Assembly: GCA_964558375.1 (NCBI GenBank)
Contig: CAZLCD010000001.1
Coordinates: 17,091-81,090, forward strand
Direction: 5' to 3'
DNA from: an uncultured Candidatus Saccharibacteria bacterium
Lineage (GTDB): Bacteria; Patescibacteriota; Minisyncoccia; Phycocordibacterales; PALSA-1337
DNA: 64,000 nt
In this document: in pieces, positions 9,051 through 17,637 of the stretch
How the letters are laid out: every line of letters begins with the position of its first letter
Position numbering within the stretch: the stretch's first letter is position 1
Translations under genes and position numbers: made by a program
The notes under the pieces: generated by a model
The model's input: the letters and a program-made list of their open reading frames with translations, nothing else
The model's database searches: none
Told to the model about the DNA's origin: nothing

Positions 9051-10751
9051 CTACATCCTCCCCGGAACTTTGATTCCTAGTACCCACAAACCATTCTGCA
9101 TTACTTGTGCAAAAACTTTGGTGAGCAGAACTCTGTAGGAAGAAATAGGATCTTCTTCATTAATAATCTGATGATTGGCATAGTAGAAATTGAAAGCGGA
9201 AGAAAGCTCGGTCAAATAGGTCACGATATGACTTGGTGCGTATTCAAGTCTAGCTCTTTCTATAATTTCTGGGAAACGTACTAGAAGCCTTTCGAGAGAG
9301 TCTATCTTTTCTGGTAAAGTTTTGATTTCTTCTGAGATTTTAGAATCTTTTGCTTTGGAGATGACGGTATTGGCACGGACAACGGCATACTGAAGATACG
9401 GACCAGAATCCCCTTCAAAAGATAGAGCTTTGTCTGGATCATATATAATATCTCCACCGATAGATTGACGAAGAATGGTGTATTTTAATCCTGCAATCGC
9501 GACTTCTGTCAGAACTTTATTTTTCTCTATATCGTCAAAATCTCTATCTTTAATTTTATCTTGCACAAGAGTTTCAAATTCTTTGATCAAATCTTCCGCT
9601 GAAACAATATTTCCTTTTCTCGAAGACATCTTACCGCTCTTCGGACGAAGAATGCCATGACTTATATGTTTAGTTTTTGAAGCCATGTTTGTATCGATCT
9701 GTTTTAGTACAGCGAGTATAACTTTAAAATATGCATTCTGTTCATTTGCAGTGATTACGATAGATTCACTAAGGTCTGGATACAATTTAAATTTATTTTC
9801 TGTAAGACCAAGTTCTTTGGCTTCGTATGTAGGCAAGCCTTGAGAATTGATGAACACTCGAGTATGTTCGCCGTATTTCTCTCCAGGAAAGACTATCGCC
9901 CCCTGGCTTTCTTCAAAAACTCCCTTTTTAAGAAATTCTTTCACGATCTTCACGCCATCATCAGCAACCTCGCTTTCAAAGAAAAAGTTGTTGAACTTGG
10001 TTCCGAGTTTCTCGTAAATTTCGTCAAAATATTCAAGACTAAGCTTTCGACCAGCACCATAAACCTTGTTTATTTCTGCGTCAGATTTTTCAAAGATCTT
10101 TTTGTTTATCTCAATAATTTCTTTTTTTGCAATTTCATCGGTTTCGTATTTTTCTGAACCAAGAACATACATATCTCCAAGAAACTTTATAGAAAAGCTT
10201 TTCTGTGCTTTATATTCTTCACTTTTACATACTGCCCAGATAGTCTTTGCCACATGCAGACCTACATCTCCCTGATAGCAAGCACGTATAACTTCAGCTC
10301 CAGAAAATTCTACTATTTTAGAAATGGACTCCCCTATTGTATTCGCCATAAGATGACCAATATGAAAAATCTTAAATGGATTCGGATCAGTGTATTCGAC
10401 CATTATTCTTTTGCCATCATCCAATTTAATCTTTCCAAAATTTTCTAAATCTTTTGATACTTCTATTATCTGATTCGCAAAATATGTATCGGCTATTTTA
10501 AAATTAATAAACCCCGGGCCGGCGATCTCTACCGATTCGACATTCTCTGGAATTTCTTTTTTAAATTCCTCAATGATTTTCTCTGCGAGAACCTTTGGCG
10601 ATACACCAAGAGACTTGGCATGCATCATGGCGATGTTCGAAGAAAAATCTCCATATTTTATATCCTCTGGATGATCCAATTTTATAAATGGATCAGAAAT
10701 ACCAGCCTTTTCTGAGGATTTCTTTAGCTGTTCGGTAATGGTTTTAATCAT
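9051..10751 (-). CDS. argS: Arginyl-tRNA synthetase
   Basis: HIGH motif (HIGHLMANTIGESI), ArgRS N-terminal and anticodon-binding regions, about 566 aa. Confidence 0.9.
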   Translation of the reverse strand: MIKTITEQLKKSSEKAGISDPFIKLDHPEDIKYGDFSSNIAMMHAKSLGVSPKVLAEKIIEEFKKEIPENVESVEIAGPGFINFKIADTYFANQIIEVSKDLENFGKIKLDDGKRIMVEYTDPNPFKIFHIGHLMANTIGESISKIVEFSGAEVIRACYQGDVGLHVAKTIWAVCKSEEYKAQKSFSIKFLGDMYVLGSEKYETDEIAKKEIIEINKKIFEKSDAEINKVYGAGRKLSLEYFDEIYEKLGTKFNNFFFESEVADDGVKIVKEFLKKGVFEESQGAIVFPGEKYGEHTRVFINSQGLPTYEAKELGLTENKFKLYPDLSESIVITANEQNAYFKVILAVLKQIDTNMASKTKHISHGILRPKSGKMSSRKGNIVSAEDLIKEFETLVQDKIKDRDFDDIEKNKVLTEVAIAGLKYTILRQSIGGDIIYDPDKALSFEGDSGPYLQYAVVRANTVISKAKDSKISEEIKTLPEKIDSLERLLVRFPEIIERARLEYAPSHIVTYLTELSSAFNFYYANHQIINEEDPISSYRVLLTKVFAQVMQNGLWVLGIKVPGRM

Positions 10752-10831
10752 GTGAATATTCTAGCATTAAAAGACTTTCTTTGGCGAAATTTGACTTTTT
10801 TACAATACATGTTAGCTTATATGAAGACTTC

Positions 10832-10951
10832 GGATTGGTACGGGAGGTTGTTAAGTTTTGCAGCCTTGCAGCGCCAGAGCGCTCGACAAAGACGTCTTTT
10901 TGTTGCCGTACCAATCCTATACCCGCGTAGCTGACTTACCAGTTGCGCGGG
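10832..10951 (-). promoter_or_regulatory. Structured GC-richer element in argS leader / glyA 3' region
   Basis: Perfect 12-bp inverted repeat (ggattggtacgg 10832-10843 / ccgtaccaatcc 10906-10917) enclosing two small palindromes, followed by a GC hairpin cccgcg...cgcggg (10922-10951) and a T-rich run. Confidence 0.3.
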
Positions 10952-10962
10952 TTAATTTTTAT

Positions 10963-12186
10963 CTATTTCTTAAGAATCTTATCGATCCTCTCCGCAATCT
11001 TTTTCATATCCTTTTCTTTCTTTCCACGAGTTGTCTCTGCGGCGGTACCGAGTCTTATACCAGAAGGATCTGTAGGAGGTCTAGTGTCGAAAGGTATAGC
11101 GTTTTTGTTTACAATTACCCCCTCTTTTTCTAGTCTATCACTTGCCTCTTTGCCAGAGATTCCTTTGAAGCCATTCTTCTGCGGACTAAAAGTATCGATG
11201 AGTATAAGATGACTATCTGTTCCTCCAGAAATTATTCTCCAGCCATGCTTCGCCAATTCTTCCGCAAGAACTTTTGCATTCTTTTTTACTTGGCTCGCGT
11301 ATTTTTTAAAAGCAGAAGTCGAAGCCTCCTTTAAAGCTACTGCGACCGCGGCAACCTGATTCATGTGTGGACCACCCTGAAGTCCTGGGAAGACGGCTTT
11401 GTCTATAAGGTCACCGATACTATATTCTATATTTTTATTATCTTTATTTGTTTTTGATATTTTTTTATCATTTCTTGAAAAGATAATAGCACTACGAGGA
11501 CCACGGAGAGTTTTGTGGACTGTTGTTGTTACGATATCTGCATATTGGAAAGGGCTTGGATATACCTTACCCGCCACAAGACCTGCGATATGTGACATGT
11601 CTATCATGAGAAGTGCGCCACAACTATCTGCTACTTCGCGAAGTTTTTTAAAATCAATCTGACGAGGGTATGCAGTATAACCACCGACGATTATTGTAGG
11701 CTTTTCCCGCAATGCTATTTCTTTTAATTCATCATAATCAAGAAGCTCGGTATTTTTATTTACTCCATATGGAATCTGTGTCCAAAACTTACCAGTCGCT
11801 GACACTTTGTGACCATGAGTAAGGTGACCTCCTTGATCAAGGGACATGCCCATTATTTTTCCACCCTGAGGAACGAGTGCGAGATACACAGCCAAGTTTG
11901 CCGGCGAACCGGAGAGAGCTTGGACATTTACATGCCAGTCATGAGCCTTAAGATCAAAAAGGTTTAGAGCTCGCTCGATAGCCAAAGACTCTACCTTATC
12001 CACTACTTCATTGCCACCATAATAGCGCTTCATTGGATAACCTTCTGCGTATTTGTTCGTAAGCTCTGAACCAAGAGCCTCAAGAACGTCCTTTGAAACA
12101 TAGTTTTCTGAAGCTATGAGGTTCACAACCGACTTTTGGCGCTTCTTTTCGGTATCAATTAGTTTTTTGATTTGTGTATCTTTCAT
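10963..12186 (-). CDS. glyA: Serine hydroxymethyltransferase
   Basis: Strong SHMT similarity from internal Met (MKDTQIKKLIDTEKKRQ...ASENYVS...). The six-frame ORF extends 53 codons upstream, but the likely true start is the ATG at 12186. Confidence 0.9.
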   Translation of the reverse strand: MKDTQIKKLIDTEKKRQKSVVNLIASENYVSKDVLEALGSELTNKYAEGYPMKRYYGGNEVVDKVESLAIERALNLFDLKAHDWHVNVQALSGSPANLAVYLALVPQGGKIMGMSLDQGGHLTHGHKVSATGKFWTQIPYGVNKNTELLDYDELKEIALREKPTIIVGGYTAYPRQIDFKKLREVADSCGALLMIDMSHIAGLVAGKVYPSPFQYADIVTTTVHKTLRGPRSAIIFSRNDKKISKTNKDNKNIEYSIGDLIDKAVFPGLQGGPHMNQVAAVAVALKEASTSAFKKYASQVKKNAKVLAEELAKHGWRIISGGTDSHLILIDTFSPQKNGFKGISGKEASDRLEKEGVIVNKNAIPFDTRPPTDPSGIRLGTAAETTRGKKEKDMKKIAERIDKILKK

Positions 12187-12257
12187 GGTGGTTATGCGAT
12201 TATTGATGCTTGTAATAAAAGCAATTGTAGCATTATATAAAAAATGGACAAATAAAA

Positions 12258-12312
12258 AAGGGGCTGGAGTCGAACACATGCAATATGTGACGACCCAGCG
12301 CCCGATGTTTGT
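12258..12312 (-). terminator. Rho-independent terminator downstream of tmk
   Basis: On the minus strand: GC stem (gggcgctgg...ccagcccc) with an internal hairpin, followed by a T-run (tttttt). It lies between the tmk stop and the glyA start. Confidence 0.4.
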
Positions 12313-12429
12313 GGTGATATCCATCACTCTGTAGTGAATTGTCACTCACGAGCTGTTAAAAAACAGCTTTTATGACTAACGTCTACTGTTCAATGTGCGG
12401 ACATCAAATAGATTACACCCGTCACTATT

Positions 12430-13062
12430 TTAAGTCAATAGTTTTTCCACAGTTTTGAGAAACTCCACCTTCACCTCTTCAAAAGGCCTGTTTGCGTCAA
12501 TCACAACATGTGGAACTTTTTTTAGAAAGATCTTATAGCCCTTTCGCAATAATTTATGAAAATCCACTTCCCTATCATCAAAATGATTGCCTTCTGTATT
12601 CTTAGAATTCCGAGAACGTGCACGCCTCAAACCCTCTTCAACATCTACATCGAGATAAATATAAAGATCGGGTTTTCTTGAGATATGACTTCTCAAATTC
12701 CAAAATAATTTTTCTAGATGTTTACCTTTCTGTGCATGAATCTGATAGGCATAAGAAGAAGCGTCGAAGCGATCAGAGATTACATTTTGACCTTTGGCGA
12801 GAGCAGGTTTTATAAGTTTCTCTACATGGTCAAAGCGCGCGGCGAACATCAGGCATATCATAGTCTCAGCCACAGCGTCTTTGGAAAGTGGGTGCTTGAG
12901 CGCTGTCTCTCTTATAGCTTCAGCGTAACTAGAGCCTCCAGGTTCACGAGTGAGAAGCACGGAGTCTCCAAGCTTTTCTTTGAGAGCCTTTATGAGGGAT
13001 GACTTCCCTGCACCTTCTCCACCTTCTATTACAATAAATTTGGGTTGTTGATGTTTAGTCAT
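12430..13062 (-). CDS. tmk: Thymidylate (dTMP) kinase
   Basis: P-loop IEGGEGAGKSS, TREPGG motif, length about 210 aa. Confidence 0.85.
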   Translation of the reverse strand: MTKHQQPKFIVIEGGEGAGKSSLIKALKEKLGDSVLLTREPGGSSYAEAIRETALKHPLSKDAVAETMICLMFAARFDHVEKLIKPALAKGQNVISDRFDASSYAYQIHAQKGKHLEKLFWNLRSHISRKPDLYIYLDVDVEEGLRRARSRNSKNTEGNHFDDREVDFHKLLRKGYKIFLKKVPHVVIDANRPFEEVKVEFLKTVEKLLT

Positions 13063-13135
13063 TGGAAATATTCTAGCATAGAAAAAGCGAGGTACTGTAC
13101 TTTGACAGCCCTCGCGTGAAAAGTGCGTGATGCGA

Positions 13136-13876
13136 TTATTTGGGAGGAGCCACTACCCCTCTTGTCATAACAACTGAATCCGCAGTGCTAGTTAGACCAC
13201 ATGCGCAAGTTTCCAATGTGCAATTCGGGCATCCTTTCCCAAAGACACTCAGATATTCTGCCATCAGACTCATTGGAAACCCCTGGAGCTCAGAAATTGT
13301 ATTCGCAACCGCAAACAAATTCGCGATTACATCAACAAGCTCCAACACCACTTCTTCGAAGAGTTTATTAGTGTGGCGAGCTACGTAGTCGATATATGCT
13401 TCGAGTAATTCTGCACCCTCTTCAGTTAGATGTGCTCCTGAATCCACTAAAGTGTTTTGAGGATAAATTCCTGCAAACATGAATTGCAGTCCAGCAACCG
13501 AAAGTGGGACGGGTAAATTTCCAGCTGGAGTTTCCAAACCTCTTACACTCGCCCGCTTATTGCCACAGGCACAAGGTGCTGTAGTGCAGTAGGGACAAAC
13601 TCCGGGAAATCTTTTCCTGACTTCCATATCCAGATCCAACGATAGGTGATTTGCCAGTGCCAAAGACCAGGAAAAAGCCATTACCGTACCTCTTCTGATA
13701 TCTTCTGCCTTGCCCTTACGAATCCCTTTGGTTGCTATAGTTGCGTAACGCAAGATCTTCATACACATTTGTGTAGGGCTGTACACTCGGCTATTTTGTA
13801 GCCAATATATTTCCCGATTTAAAGACTGAACATGGTAGAAGCTAACCCTTTCAGGGGGCGGTAGTATAGTGAGCAT
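13136..13876 (-). CDS. MazG/DCTPP1-like all-alpha NTP pyrophosphohydrolase domain protein with two CPxC-x4-CxC cysteine clusters
   Basis: Core EEGAELLEAY...EEVVLELVDVIANLFAVAN resembles the DCTPP1/MazG EVGELAELFQW...QEELSDVLIYLVALA helices. Two near-identical Cys motifs (CPYCTTAPCACG, CPNCTLETCACG). Local GC content is clearly higher (about 45%) than flanking genes. The start codon is uncertain. Confidence 0.45.
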   Translation of the reverse strand: MLTILPPPERVSFYHVQSLNREIYWLQNSRVYSPTQMCMKILRYATIATKGIRKGKAEDIRRGTVMAFSWSLALANHLSLDLDMEVRKRFPGVCPYCTTAPCACGNKRASVRGLETPAGNLPVPLSVAGLQFMFAGIYPQNTLVDSGAHLTEEGAELLEAYIDYVARHTNKLFEEVVLELVDVIANLFAVANTISELQGFPMSLMAEYLSVFGKGCPNCTLETCACGLTSTADSVVMTRGVVAPPK

Positions 13877-13937
13877 ATTTTTATTTAATTGTGATTGTTT
13901 CTGTCTGAATAAAACCTATCACCACTCATGAAAAATA

Positions 13938-14360
13938 TCAATTCCCCGTACTTCCAAAACCTCCTTTACCTCTAGCGGTCTCTGTGAGATTTTCTACTTC
14001 ATCGAACTCTACATGCTCTACTTTTTGAATGAGAAGCTGAGCGACTTTGTGTCCTTTTTCAAATTTAAAACTTTCCTCTGAAAGATTCATAAGACCGACA
14101 TGGATTTCACCTCTGTACCCAGAATCTATTACCCCTCCGAAAGTTTTTATCCCATACTTATGCGACAAACCACTTTTATCCCAGATCAATCCCACATACC
14201 CTTCTGGGATTTCTATAGCAATACCGACTGCTATAGATTTCCTTTCTTGAGGATCCATCTTGAAAGCATCGATAGCAAATAGATCCATGCCTGCATCACC
14301 AGGATGAGCGTGTTTTGGAATCTGAGCATCTGGATGGAGTTTTTTAATTTTGATTTTCAT
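13938..14360 (-). CDS. dut: dUTP diphosphatase (trimeric dUTPase)
   Basis: dUTPase motifs (GVIDSGYRGE, RGKGGFGSTG), 140 aa. Confidence 0.9.
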   Translation of the reverse strand: MKIKIKKLHPDAQIPKHAHPGDAGMDLFAIDAFKMDPQERKSIAVGIAIEIPEGYVGLIWDKSGLSHKYGIKTFGGVIDSGYRGEIHVGLMNLSEESFKFEKGHKVAQLLIQKVEHVEFDEVENLTETARGKGGFGSTGN

Positions 14361-14361
14361 T

Positions 14362-14853
14362 TTATTTTTTAAATTGATTCCCTATTATATTATTAACATT
14401 TTTTTTATTAAAATGGATCTCAGAATTTTCTAAGAGGTAAATCGTTTTGATTTTTACTTTAGCCATCCTATCGCGACACCACCGACAAAGCCACCAATGG
14501 CCCCATAGATACAGCTCTGATCCAGTTAGATCAAAACCTTTAACCAAAGCATCTTCTATAGCCTTAACTTCGCTATGATTTTTGGGATGACAGCCTTCAC
14601 ACAATTCATAGCCTTGTCCAGTTGGTATATTCAATCTTACTCGTTCACAAATATTAGAATTATGATAATCACTACCATTTGTGCCGTATCCAATAATGTT
14701 TTTATTCGAGACAATTACAGAGCCAGCTGGCATTGTCTTATCTAAGGAATATAACCTTGCATACTCCTTTGCAGCAGACATATAGACATTGTCCACAGGA
14801 ACATACCCTTGTATAAAGGGCTCTTCGAAATAATCTTCTTCTGATTCATCCAT
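14362..14853 (-). CDS. dCMP deaminase family (ComEB/DCTD-like zinc deaminase)
   Basis: HxE (HSEVKAI) and CxxC (LCRWC) catalytic zinc motifs, plus an upstream CEGCH cluster typical of the dCMP deaminase second zinc site. There is a 1-nt spacer to dut. Confidence 0.7.
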   Translation of the reverse strand: MDESEEDYFEEPFIQGYVPVDNVYMSAAKEYARLYSLDKTMPAGSVIVSNKNIIGYGTNGSDYHNSNICERVRLNIPTGQGYELCEGCHPKNHSEVKAIEDALVKGFDLTGSELYLWGHWWLCRWCRDRMAKVKIKTIYLLENSEIHFNKKNVNNIIGNQFKK

Positions 14854-14906
14854 ATTAGAATTAATTATTATTGTAGTATATAATAAATCTACTTTAAAGG
14901 CATACT

Positions 14907-15743
14907 ATGACAAAATTTGACGAAATCTACAGAGACCTTGTTAGCAACATAATGACAAATGGTATTGCCGAAATTTCCGAAAGAACTCGTCAAGAAACTA
15001 GAGCCATACCGGGCGCACACTTCTCTATTGATCTCGAAAAGGACGGCTTCCCACTTTTAACTTTAAGAAAAATCCCCATCAAGATGTTCGTAGCTGAACA
15101 AGTCTGGTTTATCTCTGGGGCACGTAAACCAGAAATATTTTTGAGAGATTACACAAAGATCTGGGATTTTTTTACAAACCCTGGAGATGTAGTAACTGTC
15201 GCTTATGGTTATAGATGGAGAAAACATTTTGGACGTGATCAGCTTGCCCTTTTGATCGATCTACTTGAAAAAGAACCTAGTTCTAGACAGGGAGTAATTA
15301 TAACTTGGGATCCAGCGCAAGATGGACTATCTTTGGCTAAGAAAAAAAATGTGCCTTGTCCATATTCATTTACAGTAAACATAATAGGCGGAAGACTTCA
15401 TCTGCATAATATAGTCAGATCGAATGACATAATATTAGGTTGTCCTAGCGATGTCGCTGGTTTCGCCTTACTTCAATGTATACTTGCACAACGGCTTGGT
15501 GTAAAACCAGGAATATATTCTCACTCTATTTCCAATGCTCATATATATGACAATCACTATGAAGGTGCGGAAAAAATAATATCGAGGACCAATGATCATC
15601 CGACTATAAAACTTGAATTACCAGAAAATGCTTTTACACTCGCAGAAAAGATGGATAAGGGATTAACTGATGCTATAATAGAAAATCTAACAAAACAGTA
15701 TGCTCCAATGGAAGCAATACAGGGTTTAAAAATTGCAATATAG
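14907..15743 (+). CDS. Thymidylate synthase (ThyA) fold enzyme with Asp at the dUMP-specificity Asn position (possible dCMP-directed methylase/hydroxymethylase)
   Basis: Gap-free alignment to E. coli ThyA across the active site: PCPYSFTVNIIGGRLHLHNIVRSNDIILGCPSDVAGFALL vs [40 protein letters not shown]. Catalytic Cys, Glu58, Asp169, His207 and Tyr209 are conserved. Asn177 is replaced by Asp, Arg127 by Gln and His147 by Pro. Confidence 0.85.
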   Translation: MTKFDEIYRDLVSNIMTNGIAEISERTRQETRAIPGAHFSIDLEKDGFPLLTLRKIPIKMFVAEQVWFISGARKPEIFLRDYTKIWDFFTNPGDVVTVAYGYRWRKHFGRDQLALLIDLLEKEPSSRQGVIITWDPAQDGLSLAKKKNVPCPYSFTVNIIGGRLHLHNIVRSNDIILGCPSDVAGFALLQCILAQRLGVKPGIYSHSISNAHIYDNHYEGAEKIISRTNDHPTIKLELPENAFTLAEKMDKGLTDAIIENLTKQYAPMEAIQGLKIAI

Positions 15744-15754
15744 AAAATAAAATT

Positions 15755-16390
15755 ATGTCCGTAATCACAAAAAACAAAATACTTGAAAAGATAAAGTCTG
15801 GAGATATTTCATTTAAGCCAGAACTAGATACCTTTCAGTTACAAGGCCATTCAGTAGACTTGCGCTTAGGCTTTACCTTCATGATACCCAAGTCTTGGCA
15901 TATGACACCAAAGGGCCGAGAAGCTTTCGACATTACTCATTTTGACAAAAAGTCTAGTGAATATTTCGATATAATAGAGCTAGAACAAGGACAATATTTC
16001 GACTTGTTACCTCATGAATATATACTCGTTGCTACTTTTGAGAAAATAAAATTGCCAGATAATATCATGGCTATCCTCTACCCTCGTTCATCTACAAATA
16101 GAAAAGGTATGTCACTAGACCTCACGGGGATTATCGATGCTGGATACGAAGGACAATTGATTTTACCTATCAGAAACAACACTCATTCACAGACAGTGAG
16201 ACTATACCCCGGCGAGAGACTTTGCCAAGTAGTGTTCGAAGAACTTTCTGATTCAGTAGAACATAAAAGTAAATACCACAACAAAGATGTGATCGATGGT
16301 GTTCAAAAAGAAAAGAAAGATGAGGTGGATTTTATAATGAAAGGAGATATTAAAGGTCTTAAAGGACAGTTTAAGGTAGGGTTGGAATAA
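15755..16390 (+). CDS. dcd: dCTP deaminase
   Basis: Dcd motifs (DLRLG, GIIDAGYEGQLILPIRN), about 210 aa. Confidence 0.85.
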   Translation: MSVITKNKILEKIKSGDISFKPELDTFQLQGHSVDLRLGFTFMIPKSWHMTPKGREAFDITHFDKKSSEYFDIIELEQGQYFDLLPHEYILVATFEKIKLPDNIMAILYPRSSTNRKGMSLDLTGIIDAGYEGQLILPIRNNTHSQTVRLYPGERLCQVVFEELSDSVEHKSKYHNKDVIDGVQKEKKDEVDFIMKGDIKGLKGQFKVGLE

Positions 16391-16411
16391 ATTCAAAAGT
16401 TTTTATATAAA

Positions 16412-17617
16412 TTAAATATTTCCACCATCGGTTTCACTATACGGTCTGATTATGAACTTACCCTGATCTCTTAATGTTTTTTCAGTCTCGTCTGGATTTG
16501 AGGAAATAATATTACCTGCTTCATAGAAAAACTTGGAGTCTCTGGCATAATTATCCAAGATAACTTTGAAGGTACTTGCATCAGCCCCCTCTAACTTTTT
16601 GTGGCCATAGTAAACAGAAACTCCGTCACTCATGTATATATCATAACTACCACCACATCCTATATATGTTGTATTCTGTGTTAGTAGTTTAAATGTTTCT
16701 GGATTAATTCCTTCTATCTTTTTTCCATCATAGAAAACATGACTTCTATCTCTAGATATATAGTGCCAACAAATATTAGCATCTTCATATGACTCATCTA
16801 TATTCCCCCAAACAATAGTTTTGAAGGTTTGTGGGTCTGCATCAATAATTATTTGACCTTTATAATAAACATTATTTTTATCCAAAGTATAGAGGTGTTT
16901 CTTATCTATATTTGAATTAAATTTATTTTCCAAAAGCTTAAACGAGTTTGGATCAGCTCCTTCTATTTCTTTAAAAACATTAGAGGAAGAAGATGCTATA
17001 TAAGTTAGTTTATAGATTTTGTTGTCAACCCAAATATAATCCCGTGATATCGGTTTTATGTTTTTTCCTTTTAATTCCTTATACTCTGTGAAGCCACGAC
17101 CATTAGAATAGCTGTAAATATTATCTTTATCTTTAAAATACGCGTAGCCCAGATAAGTGGCGTCGACTGATGGTGCTAAAAATCTATCGACCTTGGAATC
17201 GCGATAACCAATAAAAGAATAGAAATCTTTTGCTATATGCGGTAAGTTATCATCAATTGATACAAAAGAAGAACTATCGACGAGAGGTTGTATACTAACT
17301 CCAGATATATCAGATATTCTGGTATCTATACTCCATACAAACAAGCGATCTTTCACAAACCAACTATTTACAGCTTGAAATCCATCTTGCGTAAAAGGAG
17401 TTTTTCTGAAACAGAAATCATAGTGAGTGGTACAAACTTTTATGTATATATCATCACCAATCGTATATAACTTAAAATGTGAATTGAAAAGTTTAGGTTC
17501 TTCAAGTTTTTTATCTTCTTGTCGTTGATTCGCATATAATGTAAACATAGAAATTATTGCGATGATAATCACAACATATACAACTACTATTTTTATCTTT
17601 AGGTTTAATTTATCCAC
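16412..17617 (-). CDS. Membrane-anchored DKNYY repeat family protein
   Basis: N-terminal TM helix, then repeated DKNNVYYKGQ...ADPQTFK / DGKKIEGINPETFK / EGADASTFK units characteristic of DKNYY-type repeats. Confidence 0.55.
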   Translation of the reverse strand: MDKLNLKIKIVVVYVVIIIAIISMFTLYANQRQEDKKLEEPKLFNSHFKLYTIGDDIYIKVCTTHYDFCFRKTPFTQDGFQAVNSWFVKDRLFVWSIDTRISDISGVSIQPLVDSSSFVSIDDNLPHIAKDFYSFIGYRDSKVDRFLAPSVDATYLGYAYFKDKDNIYSYSNGRGFTEYKELKGKNIKPISRDYIWVDNKIYKLTYIASSSSNVFKEIEGADPNSFKLLENKFNSNIDKKHLYTLDKNNVYYKGQIIIDADPQTFKTIVWGNIDESYEDANICWHYISRDRSHVFYDGKKIEGINPETFKLLTQNTTYIGCGGSYDIYMSDGVSVYYGHKKLEGADASTFKVILDNYARDSKFFYEAGNIISSNPDETEKTLRDQGKFIIRPYSETDGGNI

Positions 17618-17637
17618 TTTTATAATTTATAATTAAA

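Noticed and set aside
10832-10951. T-box riboswitch for argS
   Set aside because: Only a GGTAC core resembles the T-box consensus. No specifier-loop/antiterminator architecture could be supported by eye, so it is kept only as a generic structured leader.
10752-11212. Plus-strand ORFs (60-91 aa) in the argS-glyA intergenic/glyA 3' region
   Set aside because: They overlap the structured intergenic element and the glyA coding strand in antisense, and no homology was recognised.
12252-12330. tRNA-like GGAGTCGAAC (GTTCGACTCC on minus) motif downstream of tmk
   Set aside because: No acceptor or anticodon stems could be built. The sequence folds instead as a GC stem plus U-run, so it was read as the tmk terminator.
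15755-16390. dCTP deaminase as an anti-phage nucleotide-depletion defence gene
   Set aside because: It sits in a coherent housekeeping pyrimidine cluster with dut, tmk and a ThyA homologue. There is no adjacent sensor/effector or mobile context.
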